DNA from: Harriotta raleighana | Lineage: Eukaryota | Direction of reading: 5' to 3' | DNA: 64,000 bases | NCBI GenBank assembly: GCA_050575255.1 | Contig: JBNZDD010013726.1 | Coordinates: 6,270,465-6,334,464, forward strand | Shown here: positions 41,117 through 54,871 of the stretch, in pieces | Numbering within the stretch: position 1 is the stretch's first letter | Layout: the number at the start of each line of letters is the position of its first letter | Notes under the pieces: generated by a model | The model's input: the letters and a program-made list of their open reading frames with translations, nothing else | Databases searched by the model: none | What the model was told of the DNA's origin: nothing | Position numbers and translations under genes: made by a program

Positions 41117-41620
41117 TACAACAACAAGATTGCATTTGTAGAGCGCGTTTCACGTCGGGAGGACGTCCCAAGGCGCTAGACAGTTGGTTTAGGACCCGAG
41201 CAGGGGGAAATGATCAGGGCGAGGGGAGGGAGGGAGCGAGGAGGGGGTAGAGAGTCGAGAGGGGAGCTGAAGGCACGGTCGAAGAGAAAGGTCTTGAGAC
41301 CGACCTTGAAAGAGGAAAGGGAGGAAGCGAGGCGAAGGCACAGGGGGATGGAGTTCCAGAGCCTGGGGGCTGAGCGGATAAAAGCCCGGCCGCCGATGGT
41401 AGGACGGTTAGGGCAGGGGACGTGGAGCAGACCAGAGCCAGAGGAACGGGCAGGTAGATAGGGGCATAGTAGGTCGGAGAGGTAGGAGGGAGCAAGGCCG
41501 TGAATGGCCTTGTAGGTAAGGATGAGGATCTTGAATTCGATCCTCTGGGGGATGGGGAGCCAGTGGAGACGGGCGAGGGTGGGAGTGATGTGGTCATGAA
41601 GCCTGGTGCGGGAGAGAATA
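41117..41620 (-). mobile_element. L2 LINE 3' fragment, relatively young (CpG-rich)
   Basis: Minus strand gives HITPTLARLHWLPIPQRIEFKILILTYKAIHGLAPSYLSDL..; tail GCGCCTTGGGACGTCCTCCCGACGTGAAA..(TTG)n. Confidence 0.92.
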
Positions 41621-42299
41621 CTACTTAAGGTTAGAATGGAAAATGTACATAAAAATCCTAACTGATGACCATTAGACGTTCAATTGCTAAACTAATTTTT
41701 TATGGTTAAAGCCATTTGTAAAAGATTAATTCTGCCTGAATTAGGTTCATTGTCCACTAGATATATTAATTTATCCTACTGGATAGTGTACCAATTCTAA
41801 CATTTTATTTAATTATTTTGCTTAATTCTTCCACTTTTTATATTAGTTCTCTTAATTAATCTAGTATGAAAGAATTCCAACAATGTTCTTTTAAAAGGAA
41901 ATATGTATCAGTGTCTTCTCACTTATCTATCTTCTCTCAATCACTTACGGAGACCAATTAGGTGTTTGCCACTGCACTGTTAATGCAAGGGAGGTTACTT
42001 TCGTGTAAGTTGATAGTTTGTCAGGCCCCGAAGCCATGACAAGAATCACAACTGATCACCCAGAATTAACAGTCTCCAGGATGCATTATTGCAACAAGAT
42101 AGATTTGTGGTAAGCTATTGGTTTTTAAAAAAAAGAGATTTGAGTAGTATTTTGCAGAGGAAATGTTCTCATGGCCTTGCCTTCCTCTAGCAGGGGTATT
42201 GACTTAATGTACAATTGATTCTCTTTGCTTATACTGTCGGTGTCTTCACACAGGGCTGCTAGTTTATGCACACAAGTTAATCTTAACCTATGTAACTAA

Positions 42300-42525
42300 T
42301 TGGATTAGTCCTTGTTGATATAAGAGAAGAAATTATACAGGTTTTAATTATTTTCCGAAGGTCAACAGATTCAGAAATTGTTCCAGAGGATTGACAGACA
42401 GCAGATGTACTTCCAATTTTCAAGAGGGGAGAAATTAAGGAAGTGAAGGACTGAGTTTTATCAACAGTGGGCGGATGGGAGCCTAGATTACTGAAAACTA
42501 TCATCGGATAAGGAAATAACTAAGA
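42300..42525 (+). mobile_element. CR1 LINE ORF2 relic
   Basis: IIFRRSTDSEIVPED*QTADVLPIFKRG resembles the CR1 motif VPEDWKxANVxPIFKKG. Confidence 0.65.
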
Positions 42526-43944
42526 TCCTTTTTTGTCATTTCTATGTACCTATGAAAGAAACAAGTATTACATCAAGTACTTTATCCAATGCTAGTTTAT
42601 ATCCTAACACACTTTTACTTTAGTAAAGTCTAATGCACAGTTTGCCGTAGATTGTGTTTGCATTTTTGTTGCAGATCTATTCATTAATAGATTACAACAG
42701 CCAGCCCTCAGGAATACTGCCTTAATCAATTCTATTACAGTTGTGATGAGTCATTGTTAGCCTTTCTGCCTGCTTCTGCTTTCAAATCTTTCAAAGAGAG
42801 TTACAGTTAGACCATGTAAATATGATGCCTAAACCCACCAGCCCCTCTCCAGGTCATGTTCTTTTTTTTAATAGTTTTTTTTAATATAGTTTATTGTAGT
42901 TAATTCATTAATTATCCCCATAACGGATAAAGATATAAGCCATGTCGCATTAGATGCTTCGTGAACTGACAAACTGAATTGGCCCTAATCTTTACTACTG
43001 TACAACACAACTACACCTAAGTAACTCAAGTTTCTTCCATAATCCTGAGCCAAAGTTTCACTTTGTGAAAATAAATGGCTTTAATGTGTAAGACCTGTTT
43101 AGGAGCTTATCATAGTTCAGTAAAAAGGAATTTTACACAAATTATGGTAAGATATGCATATTGCAATCTGCTGTTGCCATCCTTTTGAGTGCCTTGCTGA
43201 CAGTCACTCTCAAGCTTCATCCATAAAACAATAACCACTTGGACAGAATACTGGAGGGCAACCAAAACCTATTCAACTGTACCCCAATATAAAATATAAG
43301 GAGACAATTAGAAAGGGGAAACAATTATTAAAAAAATGTATTTAGTAACTCGTGATTTAACACAGGATTATACTGTTCCACGTGTTCAAGTTTAACTAAT
43401 TGCTATTTTGCTTCATTCGATAAGTTTTGCAAATTTGTCGTTGTGATCAAATGTACAGGTGATGGCTATTGTTTTAGAATTAATAGAAATACGATTCTAT
43501 ATGTAATTCAATTTTACATTCAGAACGCAATACTATTTCTATGTTAAGATTCCATTATCGTGATTTGAAGCGTAGGCACAATTTTGTAATTTAATGGAGC
43601 ACATTTGTACTTCCCCCCCCCCCNACCCCACTAATCAATTCTGTGGCTGGAGCAGAGCAGAATAACACGCAATATCCTGCATAACAACTCCCATCATTCA
43701 ATGTAGAATAATCCAGTTTATAATCTCTATACATGGGTAAACATTCCAATGTGCTTTTTTTTAAATGTACGTCTGTAGTCACAATATTAAAAACTTGAAA
43801 ACTCCGCAACTTACCCTATAGTTTCAGAGGTAAATGCATTGTGGGGTGCAATCTTTAATCACAAAAATTCTGAAAGTTCCAGGTTCAATTGCTGTATTGT
43901 GCTGAGTTGTTTTTGCAAGAACAGCACAAAATAATAGTTATTAA

Positions 43945-44215
43945 CAAACCTTGCATTTGATATAGCGCTTGGTGCGTCTTCTATACGTATCAAAACGCTT
44001 CACAGAATATACTGTAAAGTGAATTAACTACATGGGTGGAATGTGGCAGCCAATTGAACACGGAAGTGTTCCACAAACAGTCGTGGATTGAAATGACCAT
44101 TTTTTATAGGGATAATTATCAGACATGGAGTAAGGAAACTTGCCCAAGGTTTCACCCTACCTGGGTTTGAACCCAGGTCTCTCGCTTGTAAGCGAGTTCT
44201 CTAACATTGAGTTAC
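43945..44215 (-). mobile_element. DeuSINE-type SINE
   Basis: Same family as the 52410 copy, reverse orientation. Confidence 0.8.
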
Positions 44216-44579
44216 AATGGTTAGAGAACTCTGACTCTGCACCAGCCCTCATTGTCAATGAGAAAGAGAGAGAGAAAATCAGACTCCTCACTAAAAAGCA
44301 TCATTATCAGCCTTGGGGAAATCTGCACAGTCACATACTTGCTCCCAGTGTTGAATTGGTAATTCAGTAAGTAGGAACCCAGTTGTTAGTAGATTGGCGG
44401 ATCACTTTACAGGGGTAATAATCCCTCCATTTAAAAATTTATCACTCAATCCACGACTGTTTGTGGAAAACAGCTCAATTGGCTGCCTTACAGGTGGAGC
44501 ACAGAGGTCTAGGAGAACTTTTGGGGATTCCATTACTAGAACACTGACTTTTATTTGAAACCAGGCAGTGTATTTCATT

Positions 44580-44826
44580 GAAACAAAAATGCAAAATACT
44601 GCGGATGCTGAAAATCTAAAACAGAAATCACTGAGCAGGTCAGGCAGCGTCCAAGCAGAAAGGAAAAGTGAGTCGATGTTTCGGGTCCANTGCAGAAAGG
44701 AAAAGTGAGTCAATGTTTCGGGTCCACGACCCTTTGTCAGAACNAGCAGAAAGGAAAAGTGAGTCGATGTTTCGGGTCCACGACCCTTTGTCAGAACTCG
44801 AGTGAGTTCTGATGAAGGAACGTGTA
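44580..44826. mobile_element. Second, partial copy of the palindromic Penelope-like hairpin element
   Basis: CAGCAGGTCAGGCAGC-like and GAAAGGAAAAGT..TTTCGGGTCCACGACCCTTTGTCAGAAC arm, then GTTCTGATGAAGG. Internal triplication coincides with N junctions. Confidence 0.7.
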
Positions 44827-45094
44827 CTCCATTGCTTTGTTTTGATTATTTGTGAAGCATGAGGAACACATTCTCTCTCTGGCGAAATAGTAGATGTTCC
44901 AAAAGATGATGTTGCTGCTTGTGAACAGCAAGCAATGTCTGAAGTATAATGACAAAACTGTAAAATCTTCAGTACTTGACCTGTTGATTGTAAATGTTGT
45001 TGATCCAGGATGGCTGTGCTTTGCTTATTAATAACAATTTCCTTGGTTACTGTTAAGTTATAGTAGTTTTTGCTTCTTAACAGCCCAAGCTAAG

Positions 45095-45340
45095 CAGCGA
45101 GAGACCTGTGTTTGATTCCAGGCAGTGTGAAACACTGGGCAAGTTTCCTTACTCCATATGCCTGATAATAATCCCTCAACAAACCCAGTAATAAATTGGT
45201 CATTTTTGAATCCACAACTGTTTGTGGAACACTGCAATTAGCTGCTGCATTTCGCCCACAAATATACAGTCAATTCACTTTATAGCGTTTTTCTGTGAAG
45301 TGCTTTGAGGTAACTAGGAGACGTGATAAGGTGCTACGTC
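45095..45340 (+). mobile_element. DeuSINE-type SINE, 5'-truncated
   Basis: GAGACCTGTGTTTGATTCCAGGCAG..TTTCCTTACTCCA..CCCACAAATATACAGTCAATTCACTTT. Confidence 0.8.
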
Positions 45341-45920
45341 ATTGTCAATCGGTTTTAGTCTACGTTTGTAATTAGTTGTATGTAAAAGTTGGTTTAAAGT
45401 CTCGTATAAAGGACATCAGATACAATAATTAGAGCACCCCAACTGGATTGTTAACCTAGGCCAGGGTGGTCAAACCTTTCTGATGCCCAGTTTGAGCAAT
45501 GTACTTGGTCCGCTTCTTTTTGTGTATCTTTTCCAGAAACATAGTATAATGTTTACACAGTGCTTTTTTCACATAGGAAGGACATCTTCCAGCTGTTGCC
45601 CTGCTGGCACCCGGGCTGGGAGGGAGAGCCGAGAGCAGAGAGGGGAAAAGATAACTAAATATGCTTTCAAAGAGTGCAGCCTGGATGTGTTTTGATAGAG
45701 GGGAGGGAGGTGGAGGGAATCCAGGAATGGGGATCCAGGTGGCAGAGATGGGGGCAAAATACCGACCAAAGGAGTCTCAGATTGTCTGTCCTGATGTGAC
45801 TCATGAAATGCTATCCTTTCTCTTTCTCCCTCACTGATTTTCTCTTACGCCTCTCCTTCATGCTCTTTCTCCTTCCTCTTCTGTCAATCAATCATGTTCT
45901 CTCTCTCTCAATCTCTCTTT

Positions 45921-45955
<35 letters not shown>

Positions 45956-48900
45956 TGCAGCTATGACCTCAACTTCCCAGGCTTATCTCTCAGACTCACT
46001 GAACTGGTGTACCTTCTAGACCCACAGATGTCCTCCTACCCCACATCCGGTCACTAACCTGGACCGCTTTTCTCCACCTCCGCCAATTGCTTTCAGATAT
46101 ATGCTAATACTCAATGTTGGTAAGTGTGAAAATAGTTTCATCTCTTTTCACTGCATTTGGTTCTGTAGACAAATGTAAATGTTCGAATTCCAGAAATTTT
46201 CAGATTGTTATACAGTTGAATAGTAAGTATAGATGAATTAATCAGCTGTTTTCTTATCAAAATATCAATGTATATACAGTACTATATATTCCACAAACTT
46301 TACAGTTTGGGGAACAAGTTTAATTGATTATTTTCAACAGATTGCAAGTTGTTCTACCAAGCAAGCAAAGTGGTTTGATAAAAATTCTGAATGTGCTTAA
46401 GACTTTGTTCAAACTGTTCTATTTACATTCAGTATCGCATAAATAAGCATTTAAGCAGGTTATGGATATTAAATTGTAGGGATTTTAATTACGGCCTACA
46501 TATCAATACTTCAATACTCTACTGCAATTCATCTTGTAGCAGAGAAATCGGTTTTGTGTAGCACTTTTCTGTTTTGTAATCAGATTTTCTAACATGCATC
46601 TCAATGCCCCATTTAGGATCTTTTTCTCCAACGAATTGAACCTTGGAATAGTATTAGTGTAACTTTATAACACCCTCAATTTTGGAAATTAAATTATGTC
46701 AGTGCTATCTTTTGCTATCTAATCCATTTGCTTTCAGTTAAGTGGAGTAAATATGTTATTATCAAGACTGTGTGCAGGAACAAAAGAAGTCGACTATGTA
46801 TGGGTCTACATATGGAAGCAATTATTTAAAAACTATTGAACTACCGTCCAAATTCCCATTTTCAGAAAGACAGGCAGTTGTACTACATTGTGCAGCAAAG
46901 GATATGTACAGCATGTTGTAATTTGGATTGGAATCCAATTTGAACTTTTGCACTCACATCCCTAAATATTAGTAAATTCTAGCAGATGTTTTTTTCCAGT
47001 CTGTATTATCTACAATTTGGTTTCCATACTTGGCTTGGAGTTAGAAAGTGAGCGCATTGGAATGAGCTTTACTGTTTACTAATTGAAGTCTTTCAAAATA
47101 CATCTCAGAAGAAGTCATTTGATAAGCTCAGGTATCCTATCAAAAATGAGTCACCATCTCAAAATACATCCGGGATCTCTACAGAAATGGAACAAGTGTC
47201 CAACATGAATGAGGTAAAAACAATCTTTGTTCTGTATAAGTGAACATTATTTTCTAGCAAAAAAAAAGCAATTAATTTCAATTCCTTCAAAAAAAATTAT
47301 TTGTATTCACCACATAGGTGTACAACGAACAGATAACTTGTTTTGGTAATATCTATTCTACTGCGTCACTGATGAATTATTTACGTTGGCCTACCTACAT
47401 AATTTGTGTGTTGAAGTCAAAACAGTTACATACTACAGTGCAAAAAAAAACAGGAAAAAATTGGAAGAACAGAAATAGATTGTTTAAAACTTTTATCCAA
47501 GTGTTTTTCTATTAGTGTAAGGTTACAGGAAAAAAAAGCTGTTCCTGTTATCTGAATAATGTTGTTGCTTCGATACTGCATTAGGATTTGTTTTAGTGTC
47601 TTAGTGCACAAGCTGAAATCTGAGAAAAAGGCTCAGTCCAGAGAGACTACAATTTCCTGGAGCCGCTAATGCTTAAGTGGTAAAAAAAAGTGTATTTTGG
47701 AATTGATACTCCTTTTAAATAAATTGCTGCATGTTGAAAACATCATTTTCCTTCATTATTTGTCTTTTTTTTTCAAAAAAGAGTTTTGTTTAAAGTCATA
47801 GTGAGAAATTCCTCAGGTCACTAATCATGGTATCACAAAAGTTTCCAACACAGACAATGACCATTCAACCCATGGTATCTGTGATAGGCTCAGTTTCATT
47901 CATCTCATTTAAGATCTTCTTTTCCTATATCTTTTAATATATTTCCTCGTATTTATTTAAAATGCTGATCGACTCGATTTCCAAAACCACTGTTAAAGCA
48001 TCCTTTTTGTTGTGATGCATAAAGTGATGCTGAATACTCAGTGTATATACTGGAATTAAGTTACTTACCTAGATCTGACAGCCAATACCTGTGGAGGCGA
48101 AGAATGAGCAGAAATGCTAGTGTGGAACTCTGTATTCTATTGTAAGTGAGACCTGCCTTGCAGATAGTCTACAGTAAGTAATTAAATCATATTTCATCAA
48201 ACTTTCAAACCAATGAAAGCTAGACACTCATGGTGGGAGTTAGGTAAGAGATACTAAGGGAGTTGACCATATGATATTAATGTTAATTGACACTTCCATA
48301 CCTTTAAAATTGTAAAGTTTGCGAGCCAATGGATCAACAGAACTTGGACTGAAAATAGCAGGGAGGTAGGAGGGCTAAGGGGTAAGAGTATAGCCAGTTT
48401 ATATTAGGTGTATGTTGTATTATTTATACAGCTGCATGCCGTGGCACACAAGACAATAACTCCTTTGTAGCCGGGTGGCTTTTATGGCTCAGAAATCTAT
48501 ATGTGGCTTTCCACCACTACATTTCCTTCACCAGAACATGGTAATCTGGGCACACTGTGGACTTCATTCTAACCACTATCAATACCTCACTGTGTGATCC
48601 TGACAGGAAGTTGGAGATTGCTGTGCTCCAACAAGCAAGAACTGATCAAATCTGCTCAACGCCAGCAACTTTGAAGTCGAGAAGGGCTCAAATTTGAATG
48701 TTGAAATCAAAAAAATTTTGTTTGTTAATTAGTGCTTCAAGTGTTATCAGAGAGAAATAAATCTCTTCCTACAAACTGCCATCATACATTGCTTTGCTAT
48801 CCTGAAAGCAGGAGGAAGTGGTCACTGATGGGTTAACCACACTTAGCTATAAAGCTGGCTCTTCCGAGCCGTTTTACTTAAATATGTTTTTTTGTCCTCA

Positions 48901-50597
48901 TTTCCCAGTGCATCTTGTTTAAATGTTATAGTCTAATTTTCTAACTTGGCCTTTTTCTTTTCTTTGGCACATATGTAGAATGCATGAGCTGTGAGTGTTG
49001 ACATCAAAATTATACACTACTGAAGTTGTGCAATACCAATCCGAACTTGTTTTGAAAAATTATCTGTAATCCAGTTAGTGGAGGCAGTACATAGTGCTCT
49101 TTCTAATTTCCTTTTGTTAGGTCCAAGTATATATTTGTACGATGTCTTGTTCTCAATGTCTTCTATGCTGACTTCTCCTGTTTGAAGCTGTATGTCATAC
49201 CTCTCTCTTTACTGAGGAGTAAGTAAGAACCCAGTTGTTAATTGATTGGCGGACCACTTTTCTGGGGGTAATAATCCCTTAAAAAAAATGTGGTCATGTT
49301 TCTGGGGGAAACAAGTTGTGAACGGAGTGACCAAATTGTTGCTATTATTATTTCAGACACTACTATATGCAATTGGCTGCCATGTTTCACCCACAAAAAT
49401 TTTATATACGGTAAATTCGCATTGAGATATCTCGATTTGTTGTATGGCGCTATATCAAATGCAAGGATTATTAGATTATTAATGCTGTACAATAAAATGC
49501 ATCTATATCATGTAGACTTCTTACTTGCCTTTCAAATCTGCAAAGTTCTCTAATACAGCATGCATTGTTTACTACAACAAGGATTGTTTAAGGATTTCTT
49601 ACTAACACTGAAACCATATAAAACAGTCCTTTTAAATCACAGATGTTCAATGACTCCCAAAATAGTACAATAGGAGTTTACTGTATAAGTTTTACTGCAA
49701 AAACGGATACGCATTCACTTTGAGTACTAAGTCAGAACCTAGTCAATCTTTGATTCAATGATCTTTGTTCATTCAATTGATGGCTAGAGGTCTTTTAATG
49801 AATGCTGAATCAGCTCAATTGTCTACAGTACTTTACTATATTTTACTTTTTCCTTTCACTTTGATTACTCTTGCATACCTGCATGGAGGTCGAGTCCTAT
49901 GTTCCAGTCAGTGGATACAGTTTGGTTTGAATTCAGAGTAAACCCACTTTATCACTGACTAACCATTTACCTAATAAATAAAATAATCTTTACAGTGGAT
50001 AATCAGGTGGATAAAGCACTTCACAGGATATGACAGTAAAGTGTAATGACACCTTTTTGAAGGTGAACATAGCAGCCAGTTTGCATACAGCAATGTCCCT
50101 CAAATAGCTATCAAGTGAATGATCCATTTTATCTGGAGGATTTTTGGCAAGGGTTGAAACCTGGATTGGATTTTTAACATTCCCTGTGACAGGCAGACTG
50201 GTCTTTGGATTAGCATCTCCTCCGAAAGGTATATTTGGAAAAAAAAGATGCTTCTCCTGGTGTCCTGGACACCATCTTCAGATTCATTTGATGGCTGTTT
50301 GTGGCACCTTATTAGTGTGAAAGGTATCAAATAACTGTTGTTGCACTTTAACTCTGAAGTATTGAAAAATGTCAATACAAAAAGGTACTATAAAAGTGCA
50401 ATTTGACTTCTGCTATGACTGATATCAACTAACTCATCACAGATCAGTGGCTCAGTTTCAATACTGGGTTCAGGTTTTGCCTAGTTCAACTTATGGTTTC
50501 TTTACATATTAAAAAAAACACATGAAAGACTGATCCAACAGATAAGACAAATTATGTTACAAAAGTAATTTCAACCTTTTTAATGTCAATACATTTC

Positions 50598-51010
50598 ATT
50601 ACCCTTGCCCGACTTCACTGGCTCCCCATCCCTCAGAGGATCGAGTTCAAAAACCCTCCTCCTCACATTCAAGGCTCCCCGGGGACTTGCTCCCGCCTAT
50701 CTCTTCAACCTGACCACTCACTTAGCAGACTCTGACATGCTCCATGTCCCCTTGACGTATCGGGCCTTCAGCTTTTCTACCTCCACCCTCTGGAACTCCA
50801 TTCTGAATTCCCTACCCCTCATTCCCACCTTTGCTTTCTTCAAGGCATGCCTCAAGACCCTCCTCTTCGATGGTGCCCTCGGCTACGGTTTGTTCTCTTC
50901 ATCCTCCACGGTTCCGACTCCCACCTTGGGTCTGAAACGCTGACTGTCCAGTGCCTTAGGACCTCCTACCGACATGAAAGACACTTTACAAATGTAATAG
51001 TGTTGTGGTT
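50598..51010 (+). mobile_element. L2 LINE 3' fragment
   Basis: TLARLHWLPIPQRIEFK..LLLTFKA..GLAPAYL..STLWNS..LKTLLFD plus L2 tail. Confidence 0.85.
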
Positions 51011-52407
51011 CCTTACTCAGCCTGGAGGGAGCAGAATCTTAGAGGGTTTTTTTTCCCAGATCAAATAGAATGAGGAAGTAGAACACAAGGACTGACTGGG
51101 ACCAGGCAGACAGAGTTGGAGGTTTTTTTTTAAAAAGCACCAAACATAAATAGGTCCCTTGAGAATCAGACAGGAAGCAAAGGAGGTGGGAGGGAGGAGA
51201 ATAAATCCTGCTTAAAGTAAATAAGGTCTAAAGTACAAAGGAGTAATGACATCTGTATGACATAATACTTTCATGCACTGCTCCATTGAATGATGGAATG
51301 TGGGTTTGTATTACACAACAAATGTCTTGACAATTAGAGGAGACACAAAACAAAGGTTGCTTCACCACACAGAGACAAGAGAAATCGATGGGTGAGTCAA
51401 CCAATCTACGGCTTACTTCCTAGTGGCCAGAAAAAAGAAGAGCATTGGCAGAAGCCCGTGAGTCGCTCTGTCGGGGCATGTTGGGTGATGGCGGGGAACC
51501 TAATAAGGGAAAAAAAAAGGGCCAATACAGTAGATAATTTCAGAAGCATGAATATTCATTAATTGATATTCAATGGTAATTTTCTGAAATGCAAAAGCAA
51601 ATTCTTGTACACTATAAAGAATATGCAAATCAATTATTGACCTAAAATAGCTCCTAACAAAGAGGGCGATGCAATGAATTGAGTGCATGCAGAATAGCTC
51701 CACGTTAAAAGCTGATAAAAGCTGGCCACTAGGATGCCATCAGCTTGGGAGACCATGCCGCAAATTTATTCTTACTCCATTTATGTTTCATCTCCTTCTT
51801 TTGGGTGAATGCATAATTCTGCCTTTTTTTTCCAGAAGAGCTGGAATATCTGGCTAGACGTTTGAGCTGCTTTTATTAGTAGTACTTCAGCCGTAACATT
51901 ATTCCAACCCCCTCAGCTGTGATTCCCAGACAGAAATTTTAAGCAAAACACAAAATATAAAATTTTAAGCACTTTGGGATGTCCTCCTGAGATGAGTGTT
52001 ACATAAGTGTAAAATGTGGTATTGTATAACCCTTTCCTACTGAAAATCGTACGAACTCCAATTGAGTTTTCTACATTTTTCTTATTTTATTTTCTCTTCT
52101 CCCCACCACACAACATTGCTTAATTCTCAGGTAAAGTAACCGCTTGCTCGCAGGTCTCTGCCAATATCACTCCAGAGCCAGTTGTTACATGCAGCGTATT
52201 CCAGGATTAGGTGCTCCTGGATTCTCCTTCCTGCCCTCTGTTCAGTGGCTCCCCCTGATGGCATGAGTGAGATAAAGACTTGGCACTTGGGAGAATTTTG
52301 GTCACAAGGCCACATGGCACAACCCAAGGAAACTATGTCACTTATAGTTTAAAAATTACCAAATAGTGTCAGAATCCGACGCCAAACCAAGGGAAGAGGG
52401 AGGGTGT

Positions 52408-52743
52408 GGAACTCCTGTGGCTCAGTGGTTAGAGCACTCGCCTTACATGCCTTACAAGCATGAGACCTGTGTTCGAATCCAGGCAGATCAGGGCGAAACC
52501 TTGGGCACGTTTCCTTACTCCACATGCCTAATAATAATCCCTCCAAAAAAACCACAATAATAAAATTGGTCATTTCAATCTATGACTGTTTGTGGGACGC
52601 TGCTGTGCGCAATTGGCTGCCGCGTTCCGCCCACAAATATACAGTCAATTCACTTTACAGTATATTCTGTGAAGCGCTTTGGGACGTTGATAAGATGTGA
52701 AAAGCGCTATATCAAATGCAAGGATTATTATTATTATTACTAT
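52408..52743 (+). mobile_element. Full-length tRNA-derived DeuSINE-type SINE
   Basis: A-box TGGCTCAGTGG, B-box GTTCGAATCC, core TGTTTGTGGGACGCTGCTGTGCGCAATTGGCTGCCGCGTT, L2-type tail AGCGCTATATCAAATGCAAGG(ATT)n. Confidence 0.92.
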
Positions 52744-54550
52744 AAGCACAATGTAAAAAAAGGTTAGGTCTTTAGACAGGATTTGAAGATGGGGAGGGAT
52801 GTGGCAAGGCGGAGGGATTGAGGGGGAGTTTCAGGGTACAGTNCACAATTTTTAAAAAAAAGTTAGGTCTTTAGACAGGATTTGAAGATGTGGAGGGATG
52901 TGGCAAGGCGGAGGGATTGAGGGGGAGTTTCAGGGTACAGTGGCTGAAGGTACAGTCACCAATGGTGGATCCCTCCGGAGGGCCTGAGGAAGGAACAGGA
53001 AGCTGGAGCCAACCGAGCAGCAATGTATTCATCCCTCTAAAACTGAGGATCAGCTTCTTTACACGTCTCTCGGCCCAGATGCCCTGTTTGTGTCATGGTG
53101 ACCAGCACTGATGTTAGTATATAAAGAAGTCTCTTATGTGGTACATCTTCTGCCTTTGGAAGTTCTAGATGCAACATGTTATGACTTTCAATCCTCACTT
53201 CTTCAAAAAGGTTCAGACAAGACCAAACTTGGCTTTTAAATTTTGATTCTTTTCAAAAAAGATAGTTGCTTCTGATCATTGACTCGAAGAGGATTGAGAT
53301 CGGTGCTGACTCTTTCAAGATGGGTGCTGGTTAAGTTATTCACAGATCTCCTCCATTGTCTTTCTGGTGGTTTCCATCAGTGGATTCAACTAGTTTTCAG
53401 CCGCTTCACTCCAACTGGAACCTCTGTCTTCAAATGTCAAAGTTTTGGAGGTCGTGTGACTTAATCAATTAGTGCATTTATTATCTCCCATTCACTGTCT
53501 TTTTTTTGAATTGCATTCTCTCTGTTATAATATCGGACACATTTTTCTGTTATGTTTTCCATCTGCTGTTATGTCGTTTCTAGTTCTCTCTTGGCTCCCT
53601 TCATTTTTTTTTTTCAAAACTGCTCCGATATAGACTTGCACTTGGCTGGCCCAGTGGGGCCAAGGGCTGGGAGTTGATTAATCGTTCTCCGTGTACTAGT
53701 TTGATGCAGCGATGAATAATTCTTTTAATCAAATTTTACATATGTAATTTCTTGGAGTAACAGTAACAAGTTTGCTTGTTTTATCCACTACTATGTGAAA
53801 CATTTCAACATTATTTTAAAAAATGAATCCTAAAATAACTATGCCATAAATTATTTTCCTGAATCAATGTTAAACTGACTATCATATATCAATAGTATAT
53901 TTATAAGTTTTGTACATAACCTTTCCAAAAGGGTTTCTCTCGTACCAATTTTTTATGCTTTTTTCTTTAATACAGTAAATTAACTACTGAGGTTTGAACA
54001 TAACCCCATTTCTTAGTTAAGGTAAGAAAATCTACATGACATTGTGCTCTTTGTTCCCATTGCTTTTTTTGGTGTAGGATATGCCAAGATGCCTTGTTGC
54101 ACAATAAATTGGAGCCATGTTGAAAACTGCTGTTTTGACATAATTCCATATTTCATTTCTATTAGGTTCAGAAATTCCAGCTCATCTGTGCTGCTGACAA
54201 GCTTTTCCTTGTTTGTAATGCTTTTTGAAAGGTACCAGTTGATTGACTCTTTTGGCAGTAACATGTCTGTGGATAAGGTTCTTGTGGTTTCAAACCTGAG
54301 AGATAGGCTTGTTTAATCATTGGCTGATAAAGCTACCAATGTACAAACCACAGACAAATTCTCTAACTCGCAAATAACACTGGGAGACATTGACCATATA
54401 ACTGGGAAGCAGATTCTTAAGACCACCCCGGATTCCTCCCATTCAGCACAGTTTGTAATTTCAGGCAATACAAGTTGAGAATTATGCTAGAATAAATATC
54501 TCAAAAACTGCTGTAAATATACAACTCCTATCTGCCCTTTAAGTCATGTA

Positions 54551-54871
54551 TTATTATAATAATAATAATCCTTGCATTTGATATAGCGCTGTTCACATCT
54601 TATCGACTTTTCAAAGCACTTCACAGAATATACTGTAAAGTGAATTGACTATATTTGTGGGCAAGACGCGGCAGCCAATTGCGCACAGCAATGTCCCACA
54701 AACAGTTGTGGATTGAAACGACCAATTATTGTGGGGTTTTTTGGATGTATTATTATTAGGCATGTCGAGTAAGGAAAGTTGCCCAAGGTTTTGCCCTGAT
54801 CTGCCTGGATTCGAACATAGGTCTCACGCTTGTAAGGCAAGTGCTCTAACCACTGATCTATAGGAGCTCCA
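54551..54871 (-). mobile_element. Full-length DeuSINE-type SINE, inverted relative to the 52408 copy
   Basis: Near-identical reverse complement of 52408-52743. Confidence 0.92.

Noticed and set aside
44670-44800. Apparent tandem triplication resembling a ribozyme multimer or CRISPR-like repeat
   Set aside because: Units are separated exactly by single N characters (44690, 44744), which points to unmerged contig overlaps at a hard-to-assemble hairpin.
52408-52490. tRNA-like sequence with A and B boxes
   Set aside because: It continues directly into a SINE body and tail and recurs several times in the window; it is a SINE head, not a tRNA gene.
52748-52941. ~95-bp direct duplication of an L2-derived segment
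   Set aside because: The copies flank a single N (52843) and differ slightly, typical of a haplotype overlap at a scaffold join.
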